DNA from: Monocercomonoides exilis PA203 | Taxonomy: Eukaryota > Protista > Preaxostyla | Reading direction: 5' to 3' | Assembly (NCBI GenBank): GCA_001643675.2 | Contig: LSRY02000014.1 | Coordinates: forward strand, 62,001-126,000 | DNA length: 64,000 nucleotides | In this document: in pieces, positions 39,152 through 51,200 of the stretch | Numbering within the stretch: position 1 is the first letter of the stretch | Layout: each line of letters opens with the position of its first letter | Made by a program: the position numbers and the translations under genes | Notes under the pieces: model-generated | What the model saw: only the letters and a program-made list of their open reading frames with translations | Databases searched by the model: none | Told to the model about the DNA's origin: nothing

Positions 39152-40299
39152 ATGGAAGAAAAACAGAATTTATTGAAGATTTTTTGCGATAATGGAGAAA
39201 CCGTGCAATGGCTTCACGAAAATGTGATTAACACTATCAGAAGATGTCCAATAGCAACTTGTCGTTCATTAATAATTTTTATTACAGGAAGTGAAGGAAA
39301 ATGGTTCTTCAGATGCCGCAAATGCCGAAAAGAAGTCTCTTATAGAACAGGAACTCCGTTCTCTAAATCTAAGCTTTCAATATCAAATCTTATTCTGATC
39401 CTTCACTTCTTCTACCATCATCTCAATATTAAACAAACATCATCTCTAACTTCATGCGAAAGACACAGTGTTTCTAATTATTATTGTATTTGTCGGAAAA
39501 CATGTGCTCAGATGATTGGTGGAATTCAAACTCCCATAGGAGGTCCTGGCCGCATTGTGGAAATTGACAAAGCTGTTTGGAGAAGGCGAAAATACAAGAG
39601 AGGTTTTTATTCTTTTTCTATTTAAACTTAATTAAAAATTGAACTTTTTCGTTAGACTGTGCGAAGTTGCAAATATGGATTTTCAATGCTCAGAAACGCG
39701 GAGGAAAAGCATTTGTTTACCCAGTGGCAAACAGATCTGCTTCAGCATTAATTCTGTTAATAGGAAAATATATTCGTACAGGAACAGAAATTCACTCAGA
39801 TTAATGGAAAGGATATTCTTCTTTGAGTGAGAATGAATTCACACACAAGACTGTTAATCATTCCGAGCATTTAGAAAGTTTTTTGTTTTCTTTTTTTATT
39901 GTCTTTTTTCATGAAATGTTATTTCTCACTTATTCAGATCTAATTTCCTGTGCTTGCACAAACCATATAGAAGCATTGTGGTCTGCGCTTCGTAAGTTCA
40001 TACCTTCACATGGAGTGAGAATTAATAGAATGCAAGAATTTATCTATTCATTTTTGTTTTTCAGAAATCGAAAAGTTGATTTTTCCATTTTTGTGTCGAA
40101 TGTTATGAAATACACTAATGAAGAATACAAAGCTCTTGAGGATGAAGCTTTTGGTCCAGAAGAAGAGGAAGAAGAGGCTGGAGCTGAAATGCTACACGAA
40201 GAAGAATCTTCAGAATCAGATTATGAACTTGAAACAGATACATCATAAGATGGGGCTGGGGATGGAGCTGATGCCTCTGAATGGGAGGCTGATAAATAA
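39152..40299 (+). pseudogene. Merlin transposase C with 2 introns and nonsense mutations
   Basis: CxxC motifs, VEIDK (E to K), RRRKYKR|, SD*WKGY (TAA 39802-39804), HKTVNHS and TNHIEALW. A second TAA at 40246 precedes a GAGDG motif shared with transposase A. Confidence 0.85.
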
Positions 40300-40544
40300 A
40301 TACCGATTTTTCCACACATCATTCTTCTTAAAATAAAAAAACAACATGCTCTCTTTGATTATTTCTTTGTTTAATGAAGATTTGTGAGGTGGCTTATAAG
40401 AACCATTTGCCAAGTGTTGGGCATCCATTATTTTCTGACATGCCACATCAATTTTCTTTTAATCTGATTGTGAATTTTCAATGGAATCAAAAATTGAAAG
40501 CTGAATCGTTATTACGCATCCTTATTATGTTATGATTTCTAACA

Positions 40545-40790
40545 AATGTCTAAATTTTTTTGAAAAGTTCCATTTGTTTAATTTTCAAAAAAATAAAAAT
40601 TTTCATATTTCTATCAAATTTCTGATTTCACTCACGAAACCACACACAAGCAGATAAAATAACGTTGTTAAGGATCTATTTCAATGGCAGCAAAATTTGG
40701 TGAGTGGGAATGGAAATTTGTTAGAAATATGAAAATTTTTATTTTTTTAAAATTAAACAAATGGAACTTTACAAAAAAATTTAGACAAAT
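40545..40790. repeat. Foldback / MITE-like inverted repeat with ~90-bp arms
   Basis: TGTCTAAATTTTTTTGAAAAGTTCCATTTGTTTAATTTT is mirrored by AAAATTAAACAAATGGAACTTTACAAAAAAATTTAGACA. Confidence 0.8.
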
Positions 40791-41199
40791 TTATAATTTG
40801 TTTTGGCATTTTTTTTGATAAAATGAAAATTTGAACGTAGCTTTTTAACTTCTTGGAAAATTCGGATTATTGTTGAGATTAAAAAGCTAAAAGGAAAGGT
40901 TAATAAAAAATCGTATTTGAACACTTTTTATATTTTTTGTTAACTGTGAATTATTTTAAAAAGGAAATTCAAACTTCGAAGTTGAAGGACTTGAGATTAT
41001 TTGTTTTCAATAATTTTTGATGGTCAGATGTCCAATTCAATTATTTGATAAAATGTGTTGTTGAAACTCAAACAAAACTGCAAAGATGAAAGTGTGAAAA
41101 AGATTCTTATCGTGTTCAAAATATTTTTTCCCCCGAAAATACACCATTTATCGGGTTGCTTTTTCTAAATATTAACTCTTTTTTGAACAAAAACTATTA

Positions 41200-41600
41200 T
41201 TTTTCAGAATTTTTCTGTCTTTTTATTACGTTTAATCTCACTTTTGTTTTGTTCTTCCAATTCTTTTGTTGCCTCTCTCACAAAATGCAACTCGTTTTCA
41301 ATGACTCCTGCCAAAAATATTTTTTTTCATAATCATTCTTTCAAAAACTTCCAAGGTGATTGATTTGCAAAACATGTCAGATTGTGATGTTCCTGATGAT
41401 TTTTTATTTATTTTTCTGTATCATTTTGATGAAATAAAAGTCTCTATTACTGATCAAAAACAATAATCAAAATCAACAGAAAGTGTTTAAAAAGATTCAA
41501 ACAGTTCAATATGTAATTGTTTTCAATGAAGAAAAAGAAATTTCCATATCCTTTTCGGTTTCCTCGATTTCCTCCTTTCTCAACAAAACTGTTTTAAAAA
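41200..41600 (-). pseudogene. Highly decayed copy of the 'LAYQSAWQFL' family
   Basis: The reverse complement translates as HQEHHNLTCFANQSPWKFL and ENELHFVRE. Confidence 0.55.
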
Positions 41601-42439
41601 ATAGAGAATAATGATAATAGGTTCTTTTTGGAAATGAATTGCTTTCCATTGTTGTGAAAGAACTGCAATTGGAAGTTTTGCGTGAAATGACTGAAATATC
41701 TTTTCTTTGTTAATTTTTCAATTAATCAATGTTTCAGTTCCATCTAATTGGTTTTAACAATAATTCTTAGAGTTAAAATGATGTTTATATTCTCTTATAT
41801 CCATTTATAATCTGGATTTTAATTCAACGTTATGCTGATTGCTTTTCATCCTTAAATGATAAACTTTTCAATGTTTATTCATAATAACACTTTTGCAGAC
41901 TTTAAGTCAGCGTGATATTATTTTTTTGTTTTTTTCATTTTTTTTATTTGTTTTGAGAAAAGTTGAAGAATTGTTATCTTTCGTTGTGAATTGAAATTTT
42001 TTCGAATTATCCATTTGTTCACGAGAATTGCTACAGAACTCTTTCACTTTGTTATTGAATCTCAAACGAAAGTGCATTTTTTTGTTTCTTTCTTTAAAGT
42101 TCAAACTATTCATCGGACTTTTTCTTTATCGGGACATTAAATTTGTTTTTTTTTTAATACAAAACGTTCAATATCACTTGTTAGCCCTCATCATTTTGAT
42201 GAGCGGGGTTTCATAATAAGAACATAACGAAACATGCTATTTTCTCGGTTTTTGTTCATTATTGGCTGAGATATTACGATTTTTTCTTATTATTTAAGTG
42301 TCTTTCTAAACTCTGCGAAGCTTATTATTAATATTTGAAATAAAAACTCTGAAACATCACAAGTCATCAAATCATTTGTTTGAAACAAAAAAAAATAATA
42401 ATAATAAGTTTGATTTTCAAAATATACATATATTGCATA

Positions 42440-43260
42440 AAATTCCGGACAAGATCGATTTCACAATAACCGCAAGAGGAATGATGCTGACAATTTTCCT
42501 CAAAATATATCTCATCAATACAAACTCATTTGATATACAAAACCATACCTCTGTGACCTGACAAATAACTTGAAGCCTCGTCTGTCACAAAAATATATAT
42601 ATATATATAAAATATATAAAAAAATTATTTTTTTAACATTAATATACAATAAACTTTTGCTATAACTTCTAAAGACTTTTCAAAGCAAATTGGAAAAGAT
42701 TTGTTGATTGCATCTGTAATATCTTGTCGATTTTTCTCTTTTGTCAGTGACCGTCAGTGACTGTCAATGACAAATTGCGACAAAAATATTCCTCGACTGA
42801 CATTTCGTGTCAAAAAAAATAAATATTGGGAACCTGATCATTTTATTTTAATTTTTATTTTTTCAAAATAATAAGAATTATTTCATGAAGATTATCAAAT
42901 TAATTATTGTAGTAATTAAGTATTATGAAATCGTTATAAATAACCCTTTTTGACAAGTCATAAATATCTTGTCAGTCATTTTGTCATTGTTACAATTTTC
43001 TTTTGTCATGTCACAGAGGTATATACAAAACTTACAAAATAGCTTCATTTGTGCTCAGAATAAAGCATTTTAAAAACTTCGGAAAAACTCAATATTTTAT
43101 TTCTCCGAGAATTAAATAACAATTTTTTTCTGAGCATAAACGAGGAAGTTTTGAAAGTTTTGTATATCAAATGAGTTTGTATTGATGATATATATTTTAA
43201 GGAAAATTATCAGTATCATTCCTCTTGCAGTTATTGTGAAATCGATCTTGTACGGCATTT
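42440..43260. mobile_element. Palindromic foldback element interrupted by a hAT-type MITE
   Basis: 42448-42543 together with 43024-43080 mirrors 43110-43252 (ACAAGATCGATTTCACAATAAC...GTTATTGTGAAATCGATCTTGT). Confidence 0.8.
42544..43023. mobile_element. 480-bp non-autonomous hAT-type MITE
   Basis: TIRs CATACCTCTGTGACCTGACAAA and reverse complement TATACCTCTGTGACATGACAAA. The 8-bp TSD TACAAAAC is at 42536-42543 and 43024-43031. The interior is TGAC-rich. Confidence 0.88.
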
Positions 43261-43544
43261 TGTGCGATGTCCATTGTTTATGTAATATCTGTACATAGAA
43301 TCGTTTAATGTTAATTTATTGATAATATTATGGTATTATCAAACATTTTGAAACTGTCATTAATTACGATTTTTGGCTCAACTTGATAATCTTGTCAGTC
43401 ATTTTGTCATTGTTTCATTTTTCTTTTGTTACAATGCAGAGGTCTTCTCCCTTTCATTATTCGTAAAGTGTTATTAAACTTTAATACTTGGACTTTTTGT
43501 TTGATCATCACTGTTGATATTGATTTGTTTTCTCAAAGATCAAG

Positions 43545-44350
43545 TTGAAGAGGGGAAAAGAAAAATGCCAGCTGAAATGGTTTCCATGGATTGCATCATT
43601 AATGAATGTAGACTCGAGGGAATGGAGCGAATACTCATTGACGGAAAAGTCAGACTTTAGGATGTTACAAACTTTTATGAATTTTCGGGGGAAAAAAACA
43701 TTTAAACAATTTGTGACAGAGGTGAAAAGCAACAGGTTTGTTGTCAAAATGGGAAGGCCATCATTGCTGCACAAGGAAATAAAGGAAATTGTTTTGGACA
43801 TGATAAAAATTGAAGCAAAGTGTGGAACAAACTTGACAGTGAATAAAACAAAAGAAATAGTGTAGAAAATATATTTATATTTTATATCTTTGATTCTGTT
43901 TAAATAGAAAATGCAATTGAAGACTAAGAATTTGAGATAATTGATGATTCTTCACCAAAATATTTATCTAAATTTAATGCATGTTCCTTCTTGTGATATT
44001 AATTTGAATTGAAATTATAAAATAAAAAAAACTTTGGATTCAAAACGTCTTGAAGCATCTTTTCATTACGTTTTGAACCTTTGTTATGAAATGTTTTATG
44101 AATTTAATTCAAAATTCAAACACCGATGAGAGCTGATCTCTAATGAAGGTGAATCATCATTGAGATTACCAAATAACTTCAAGAAAGTTATTGATTCATT
44201 TTTCGATTCACCTTAAGTATTTTGTCTTCGTCAATTGAAAGAGCGAAATGCGACAATTGTGGATGCTGTTGCAAGAGATATGGTATATCAGCTATGAATA
44301 CATATCGATTACACCTATCAATGACTCCATCTTTATAGAACATCACTGAA
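43545..44350 (+). pseudogene. Decayed pogo/CENP-B-like transposase remnant
   Basis: MGRPSLL...GTNLT HTH-like segment resembling the N-terminal exon of the 37539-38914 transposase. Downstream frames are broken. Confidence 0.4.
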
Positions 44351-45587
44351 TATCTAATCATGATAACCCCTAAGAGTATCAGCAATTTCCTCATGATCTC
44401 TATATGGGTGATTATTTTTGAAATCATAAATTTTTTCGGGGGTGTTTTTTTTTTGAAAACATTTTCAATAAAACAATCTCAAACAAACAAAAATTATCTA
44501 TTTGTAATATAAACATTTATTTCTTTTCTTTGAAATCACTCATTGAAAGTTGGTCCAAATTTCTTTCTGGCATGGATCATTTTAACCATAATAAAGTTTG
44601 TGAAATGGTGGAAACAGAATTTATATTTTTTTGATATCTCTTGAATTATGTGCTGAAATTTCTCATGCAATACGTTCATTAATATCCAATTTTGCAAGTG
44701 TGTACTTATTATTCACTATTTCATTTTATTCAAAAAAATATAAAACTTTTAATTTTGATTGGCTTTTTTTCACAAATATGATTTTTAATTCCATCAAAAA
44801 CGAGAGAATAGATTTAACGTTGTATAAAATTTGCTTTTTTCCATCATTCAAATGTTTATTTCAACTATTTGGAAGCTCATTTCACACTTCATTATATCAC
44901 TGATTTCAAGAAATTATATGTATTGCCTCATTTTCCATATCATCAATTCACTTGTTTTATTATTATTTTCACCAGAAACCAAAACTGTTTTAAATTTTGT
45001 GACATTATATATCAATAATTAATAAAATTTTATTTTATTGAGATTTCTGTTAATTCACAATTTTATTCTTCTCATTATCTATTCCTTTTCATTCATTTGA
45101 TTATCAAAAATATTTGAGTAAAATTTGATGAAATCAACTGAAAGAAAAAGCTGAAATTGAGAGATATAATGCAAACGTTAAAGCTATTGAAATGTTAATC
45201 ACATGATTTGCATTTGATGAAAATGAAGTTTCTAAAAGGATGAAAATGTTTGAGTTTGTTTCGAATGATGTATTTGTTTTGCTTTTTTATTAATTTAATT
45301 AAAAAGAGAGAAAATGATCATTTGTTAGTATTATCTTTCATTGAAGGCAGATATAAAAAAGCATTAATCTTCATTATTATTATTTTTTAATAATATGCAC
45401 ATAAGAATCATTTGGTGATACAGAAAATTCACTGTTTTAAAAGATTGCTTTCTAAATTAAAACAATCTTAAGTCAACTATTTTTTTCTACACATATTGAA
45501 GAACGTCAACATTTCGAAAAGAGAAGAATCGGATTATTTTTCAAAAGGAAGATCAAAACAGTTGTCAGCAATATCTTCTGAAGAGCA

Positions 45588-47770
45588 TCAATCACCTGCT
45601 CCCTTATCTGGTTTATTTATGAAAAGTTGCATAGACAACGAATCCCTCAAATCTGCAATCAGCTCTTCACGAGAAGACAACCACGCTATTGTATCCACAT
45701 GATTCAACTTGGATGAAGTTGTTGGACACAAATACTCCCCTCGAACAAGTGTTGAATCTGAATCAATCGTCGAAGTGGTTGAGGTGGATGAAATAGAGGG
45801 AGATGGTGTTCTCTTCATTATCTCTTCCTCCTCCTCCTTTTCCAATGCCCATTCAGGAATCTTGTCTGAATCTCTCCCCAAAATATATTCCGTTGAACAA
45901 CTCTCACTCAGCAAATGTTCTGATGATTCTGAATGTCCCAAACTTTTCGCACACACCCTCTTCTTAAACCTCTCATCATTCTTCTTCTCTGCCTCCCTTT
46001 CTGATCTCCTCCATTGCTCCTCGGGAGACATCTCCATCGTCACCATCTCAAATGCCTTCGGATCTTTTCTGATGTTGTCATTCACGATCTCTCTCAGATC
46101 TTCTGCTTCATTTTTAACCTTCTTCCATCGAGCAATGAATTTTATTGATACAATAAGAACAATCAATAATATAACTACAAGGATAATTACAATAATTGGC
46201 CACAATGTTCTTTCTTTCTTTCCTCCTTCAGCAATTCTTTCATTTCCATTTCCCTTTGTTTCGCTCACATTCTTCAGAACAAATGATTGAGTTGATGAAG
46301 AAGACTCTGCGTTTCCAAACAAAATGCACACGCTTACTTCTGTTTCATCTCCACAACTGTTGATGAGATCCTTTTCCACGCTTCCTTCTGCTTCTCTTTC
46401 GGATAAAAACCCATTTGAATCAAAATCATAATGTTCATTCTCTATCTCTTCTCCCTTCCTCTTCACAATTGAAAATGATAGATTGCATGGAACAAGAAGC
46501 ATCGCTTTGAATGTCAGTTTCATTCTATTTGCCTCTTCATTTGCTTCCACACTCTCCAATACAGGTATGAAGAATGATGAATCTCTCTCTGAAATAATCC
46601 CTTCAAAACTGCACCCTTCATTTAACATCCAAAGTGAAGAATTATCCTTCCATCCATCACCTCCTTTCAAATTCATCACATTCAATGTCCCTGAGTCTGA
46701 ACAAATGACATTTCTTCTCAGTGATGGATATCCTTCAATTGATGGATTGTTATCTACAAATTCAACTTTCTCAATATTTTCATTTCCTCCACAAACAGAA
46801 AGACCTCCATCAGAGCAGTTCACAAAACTCGTATCCCTCATCACCCCTGAGCTCTCCTTCACCTCAACAACTGATCCATTCCATTTGCACACATCCGCTT
46901 CCTCATTCAATTCCTTTTTTCTTTCTTCCTTTCCATCAAACAAGCATTGCTTCATCTAAATATTTTTGCACATCAAAAGAGACATCATCTTCACTTTCTT
47001 TCTTTTTGATGAACACACACCAAACGAACTGTTCGAAAACTCCACATTTCCTTCTATCGTTTCAACATCAATTACACCTGCACTCTCATCCACACATGTG
47101 ATGTTCTCAAACGAAGACGACAAAATTGAAATAGAGAATTCACTTTCTTCTCTGTTCTTCATTTCTTCATTTTTTCCATTCGCCCTTCTTATCCATCCAT
47201 TATCCATTCTCGAATTCCCAGCTCCACTGATCTTCATACAGTCTTTTCTTCCCTCAATATTTCTGAGCGTCAATCCACTCACTTCAGTATCCTCTTCCAT
47301 AATCATGGCTGCTTCACTCAAAAATGAAAGCCACATAACACTCACATTCCTGATTTCACATTTCACTCTTTCCACAAATATCAGAATGAATGGCACTTCC
47401 ACCATTTCCTTCTCAGCTGAGCTTTCTCCCTCAAATGAACACATGCTTATCGATGTCTTTCCTGAACTTATCTTCATGAATGATGAATGTTCAGTTGGAA
47501 GTGGAGTTGATGTTGATTCCACTTCTTCAAAAGCAAATCGAATCCATCGCACATACAGCTACCCAGTCGTTTCCACAATCATTTCTTTGCTGCAATTCAT
47601 CCTCTCTTTCACAACCACTCGACTCTTTTCTTCATGCATCCCGCTCACTGTGAGTGTGCTTTATCCCACTTCCTCATCAATCACAGATACCTCATCGACA
47701 AACATCTGACTGAAGAAATCGTTTGGAAGATGCTTCAGCCCAAGCCCAATTGTTGTCCATGGAAGTGAAG
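45588..47770 (-). pseudogene. Fragmented member of a large surface/transmembrane protein family
   Basis: Collinear ORFs separated by stops and frameshifts. Beta-rich ectodomain, transmembrane helix LWPIIVIILVVILLIV and cytoplasmic motif NDNIRKDPKAFEMVTMEMSPEEQWR. Confidence 0.65.
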
Positions 47771-47979
47771 AATTCACATGCTGCTGCTGATTATTGTTTC
47801 CTCTTTTTCGTTCTTTGTTCAAGAGCCTGATTGTGCATGATTTGAATTTTTCAAAAACAGGAAAATAAGAAGAAATAAGTTTGATATTCGCTGAAATCAA
47901 AAACGAGAAAAAAAAATACAAATAAATGAGAACTCTCAAAATTATGTGAATGTCGACATTCACTAAAAAAAGACTAATA

Positions 47980-48242
47980 AATCAAACTTTTGTTTTGAAA
48001 CAAAAAATGATTCCAACAGAAAGTTTATCCTGGGAGGCTGATTCTGGCCCCAAAGCCTGCAAGGGATTGTGCTGGACCGGTCACAGCACAATCCCAGGAT
48101 GGAATCAGCCTAGCCACTTCATTGCATCAATGCAAAAAAGCAGTACCCCAAAATTATGTCAAAAACATAATAATTAGAGCTTGAGCAATAAACATTCCTG
48201 TTGGAAAAATATTTTTTGTTTTCAAAACAAAAGTTTGATTCA
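47980..48242. repeat. Inverted-repeat element with ~50-bp arms
   Basis: AATCAAACTTTTGTTTTGAAACAAAAAATGATTCCAACAG is mirrored at 48198-48240. An inner GGCTGATTC/GAATCAGCC pair is also present. Confidence 0.7.
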
Positions 48243-48259
48243 TCAAAAAAAGTGAAAAA

Positions 48260-51200
48260 TCAAATATTAGGTACAAAGCTTGAAGCTAAACTGCAATCAC
48301 AAAAATTTGAACAATTATTAATTCTATTATTTAGCATATTTTGTGTTTGATTTCCAATTATGTTCTTTGAAGGATTTGACTTGAAACATTCATTGTTTTT
48401 TCTTTTCCTTTCGTCTCTTGATCGCGACTCCTTATATGCTATTCTTGATTCGCCTTCAGAGTTTTTCGGTGAAAAGACAGAGCGAAGAATTTCCTTCCCT
48501 CGTTTTTCGTAAAACAAATACGTTTTCAATGACTGAACTTCCATTTTCTTCCATAGTATGATATTGCTTGGAATGTATCTGAAATTGTAATCAAAAAAAA
48601 ATGAACATTATATTAATACAAGAAAAGAAAACAAACTTTAAAAAGTATCTTCTTATAGAATTTGATGATTCATTCAAATTGGTTTCAGGAGACATTCCAT
48701 TAAGAGAATATTTCTGAAAAAACTCAATCAAGTCATCAATATTATTCAACTCTGTTTCACCGTCAATGTTGTCGTTGATGCACCTTGTCAAATAACCGAA
48801 TTCTCCGTCGCATTCACACTTTCCGTGTTTCTCGCAAAAGAATGAAAGTGTGCAATGCTTTCCACGCGCAAAGCGAGAAGAATCAGATAAGAGATAATGG
48901 AGAAGATAAGAATTTCGAAAGTGTGTTCCAGTGTCACACATAAAATGAAAAGTCTTTCTTTGTTGCAGAAAACTCAATCTCAACACGTTATCGAGACAGT
49001 CGATTACAAAACGATAATCGTGTGACATCACGTTTGACAAAAAATTGAAAACATGCTTTTCTATATTATTTTCTTTATTTCTCAGATAGACAATGATGCA
49101 CAGATGAGACACCTCCTGTTTGTTGTAGAAGTCCTTGCTGATACTGTTTTGCTTAATAGGCACATTCCAGTTTTCTTTAAAGTCGAACAAAAGCAATGCT
49201 TCATCTTTCGATATGCTATTTTTCAAAAGACGAAAGTGAGATTGTTGATTGGACGCAATTTTCTTATGATTCTCAATTAATGACATAATGACATTTTCAT
49301 TTGCATCAAGTTGCTTTCCTTGTGTGATTAGATACTCCTTCCTCTTTTGAAGCGATTCATATCTCTGACAAAGATCACAGAGATCAGAACGCCTTTTGGC
49401 GCGCTTTAAGTGAGTCGTTTTTTTGTAGAATGTGCTGAGAGACATTTTTATGTTCAACTCTTTAAATTTTTCGTATAGCTTTGTTTTTGGCATGGAAATA
49501 AGTCTGGTTGGTTGCTTGTGCACAGTTGTCTCTCGCTTCGAACTTGCTTGATCATTAGATTTCAACGGATGAGAAAAACAAAATTCTTTATATTGATGAT
49601 AATGAGAAGTTGAATGCATATTTCTTTGAGTTATTTTATTTGGTGATTTACATGTGGAGTTGGAAATGATAGATTTTGCGTGTTGTTTTTCATTTTTTGA
49701 TACAGATAATGAGTTGAAAAATGATTGTGTTGTATCATCAATTGATCTTGAATGATGTGAAATGGAGTTTTTTTCTGATTCAATAAATGAATTTGATGAA
49801 GTGTTTGTATTGAAATACTGTGAAGTGAAGTTAGAAGTGTTTGGAATGTTGGAAATAAAATCAACAGATGTTCTTTGTTGATTATTCTGTTGAAACGAAG
49901 AAGTGGGGAGCACTTGTGAAGTGAAAACATTTGAGATTGTTGAAAAAGTTTTCTCAGATGAATTCTGTTGACGAGAAATAAACGTGTTGTTCGTTAGTGT
50001 TGGGGAAAATGGAATTTCAACAGAGTCCCGCTCATTATAGTTCACTTGAGCATAGACTGAAAGAATTGGTACGTTTCCACAACTTGCTTGTTCATCAATG
50101 ATTGTTTGAATGTTGTTGCGAACGAGTGACACGTATGAATCGTTGCAATTAATCCAACCCAAACTTTGATTTGAAGATGAATAACTGAACAATTTGTGAT
50201 GTTTGCATAAGCAAAAGAAATGCCCATTTTCATTTTTCTCAGTGTGAAAAAGCAATGCGATAAGTGAATAATTGTGAGCTCCTTCAACATGCTTTTTTAA
50301 GGCGTTGATTTCTCCATTTTCTTTAACAAAGCTAATGTTTTCGTCAATACAAAAATTCACGCTATGTTTTCCTATTTCTTTTTCCAGAGAAATGGCAAAA
50401 AATTTGGGAAAAGAAAGAATTTGAAAATTTGAAAAATGATTTGTTGTTTGTTTGCAATTTGAGCAAAATGCTTCCTTGTTGTTTGAATTTGAAAATCCAA
50501 TAGTGAATGATTCATTGAATGATTGAACAATGTTGCTTCCATTAAGCCTAATAATCGGCGTTGATTCCAAAGCGCCAATTGTTTTGGAACCACAACAACA
50601 GCAAATTCTTGGGAATGTTATGTTCATGTTCATCAAGTTATTCAATTCTGGCAGCACACAGATTAAATCACTGAACATATTTGTAAATGTGAGATAAAAT
50701 TCTTGTTGAGCCCTTTGCTCAAGCCTGTGCCTTGTTTCCCAATTTCTTGCAAAAGGCTCCGTCCACGAACAATTGTCAAATGAATGCGTTGGTGATGAAC
50801 TTTTCGATGAGTAATACACAATTGAGAACAATTTTGTATGAAATGAAGACAGTTTTCCTTTTCTTTTTTGAATCTTGCCACAATGAGTTACAATAACTCT
50901 AAATATTTGAATGATAGAGGCAAGGCAACACGTATTTCCATAATTGTGCAGTGATAAATTGTTCAGAATATCTGATAATTGATCATTGTTATCATTTTTA
51001 TTCACCTGATGGTCATCAAAATTTGAAGCTGGTTCAATAATGGTATTATCAATCTGATTGTCAAATTGGTTGCTTGAAGAATGACAGCAGTCAGTATCCA
51101 TTCGTATATCTTCATTTCTCAGATATAACATATCTTTATTGCTGTCATGACAACGCTCAACATCATCATGCAAACAAATAATTGGTGTTTGTTCAAAAAG

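Larger units (their letters stand above)
31558..40411 (+). mobile_element. Outer Merlin (ISXO2/IS1016-like) element with two transposase genes and two nested elements
   Basis: 23-bp imperfect TIRs: GGCATATGGTACTTATATGCCAC and reverse complement GGCAAATGGTTCTTATAAGCCAC. The 8-bp TSD AAGTGTTG is at 31550-31557 and 40412-40419. Confidence 0.85.

Noticed and set aside
39802-39804. TAA aligned with Gln (SD*WKGY versus SDQWKGY) as evidence of TAR=Gln recoding
   Set aside because: Conserved genes here end in TAA/TAG and have no internal TAR codons. CAA to TAA is a single transition in a copy that has other lesions.
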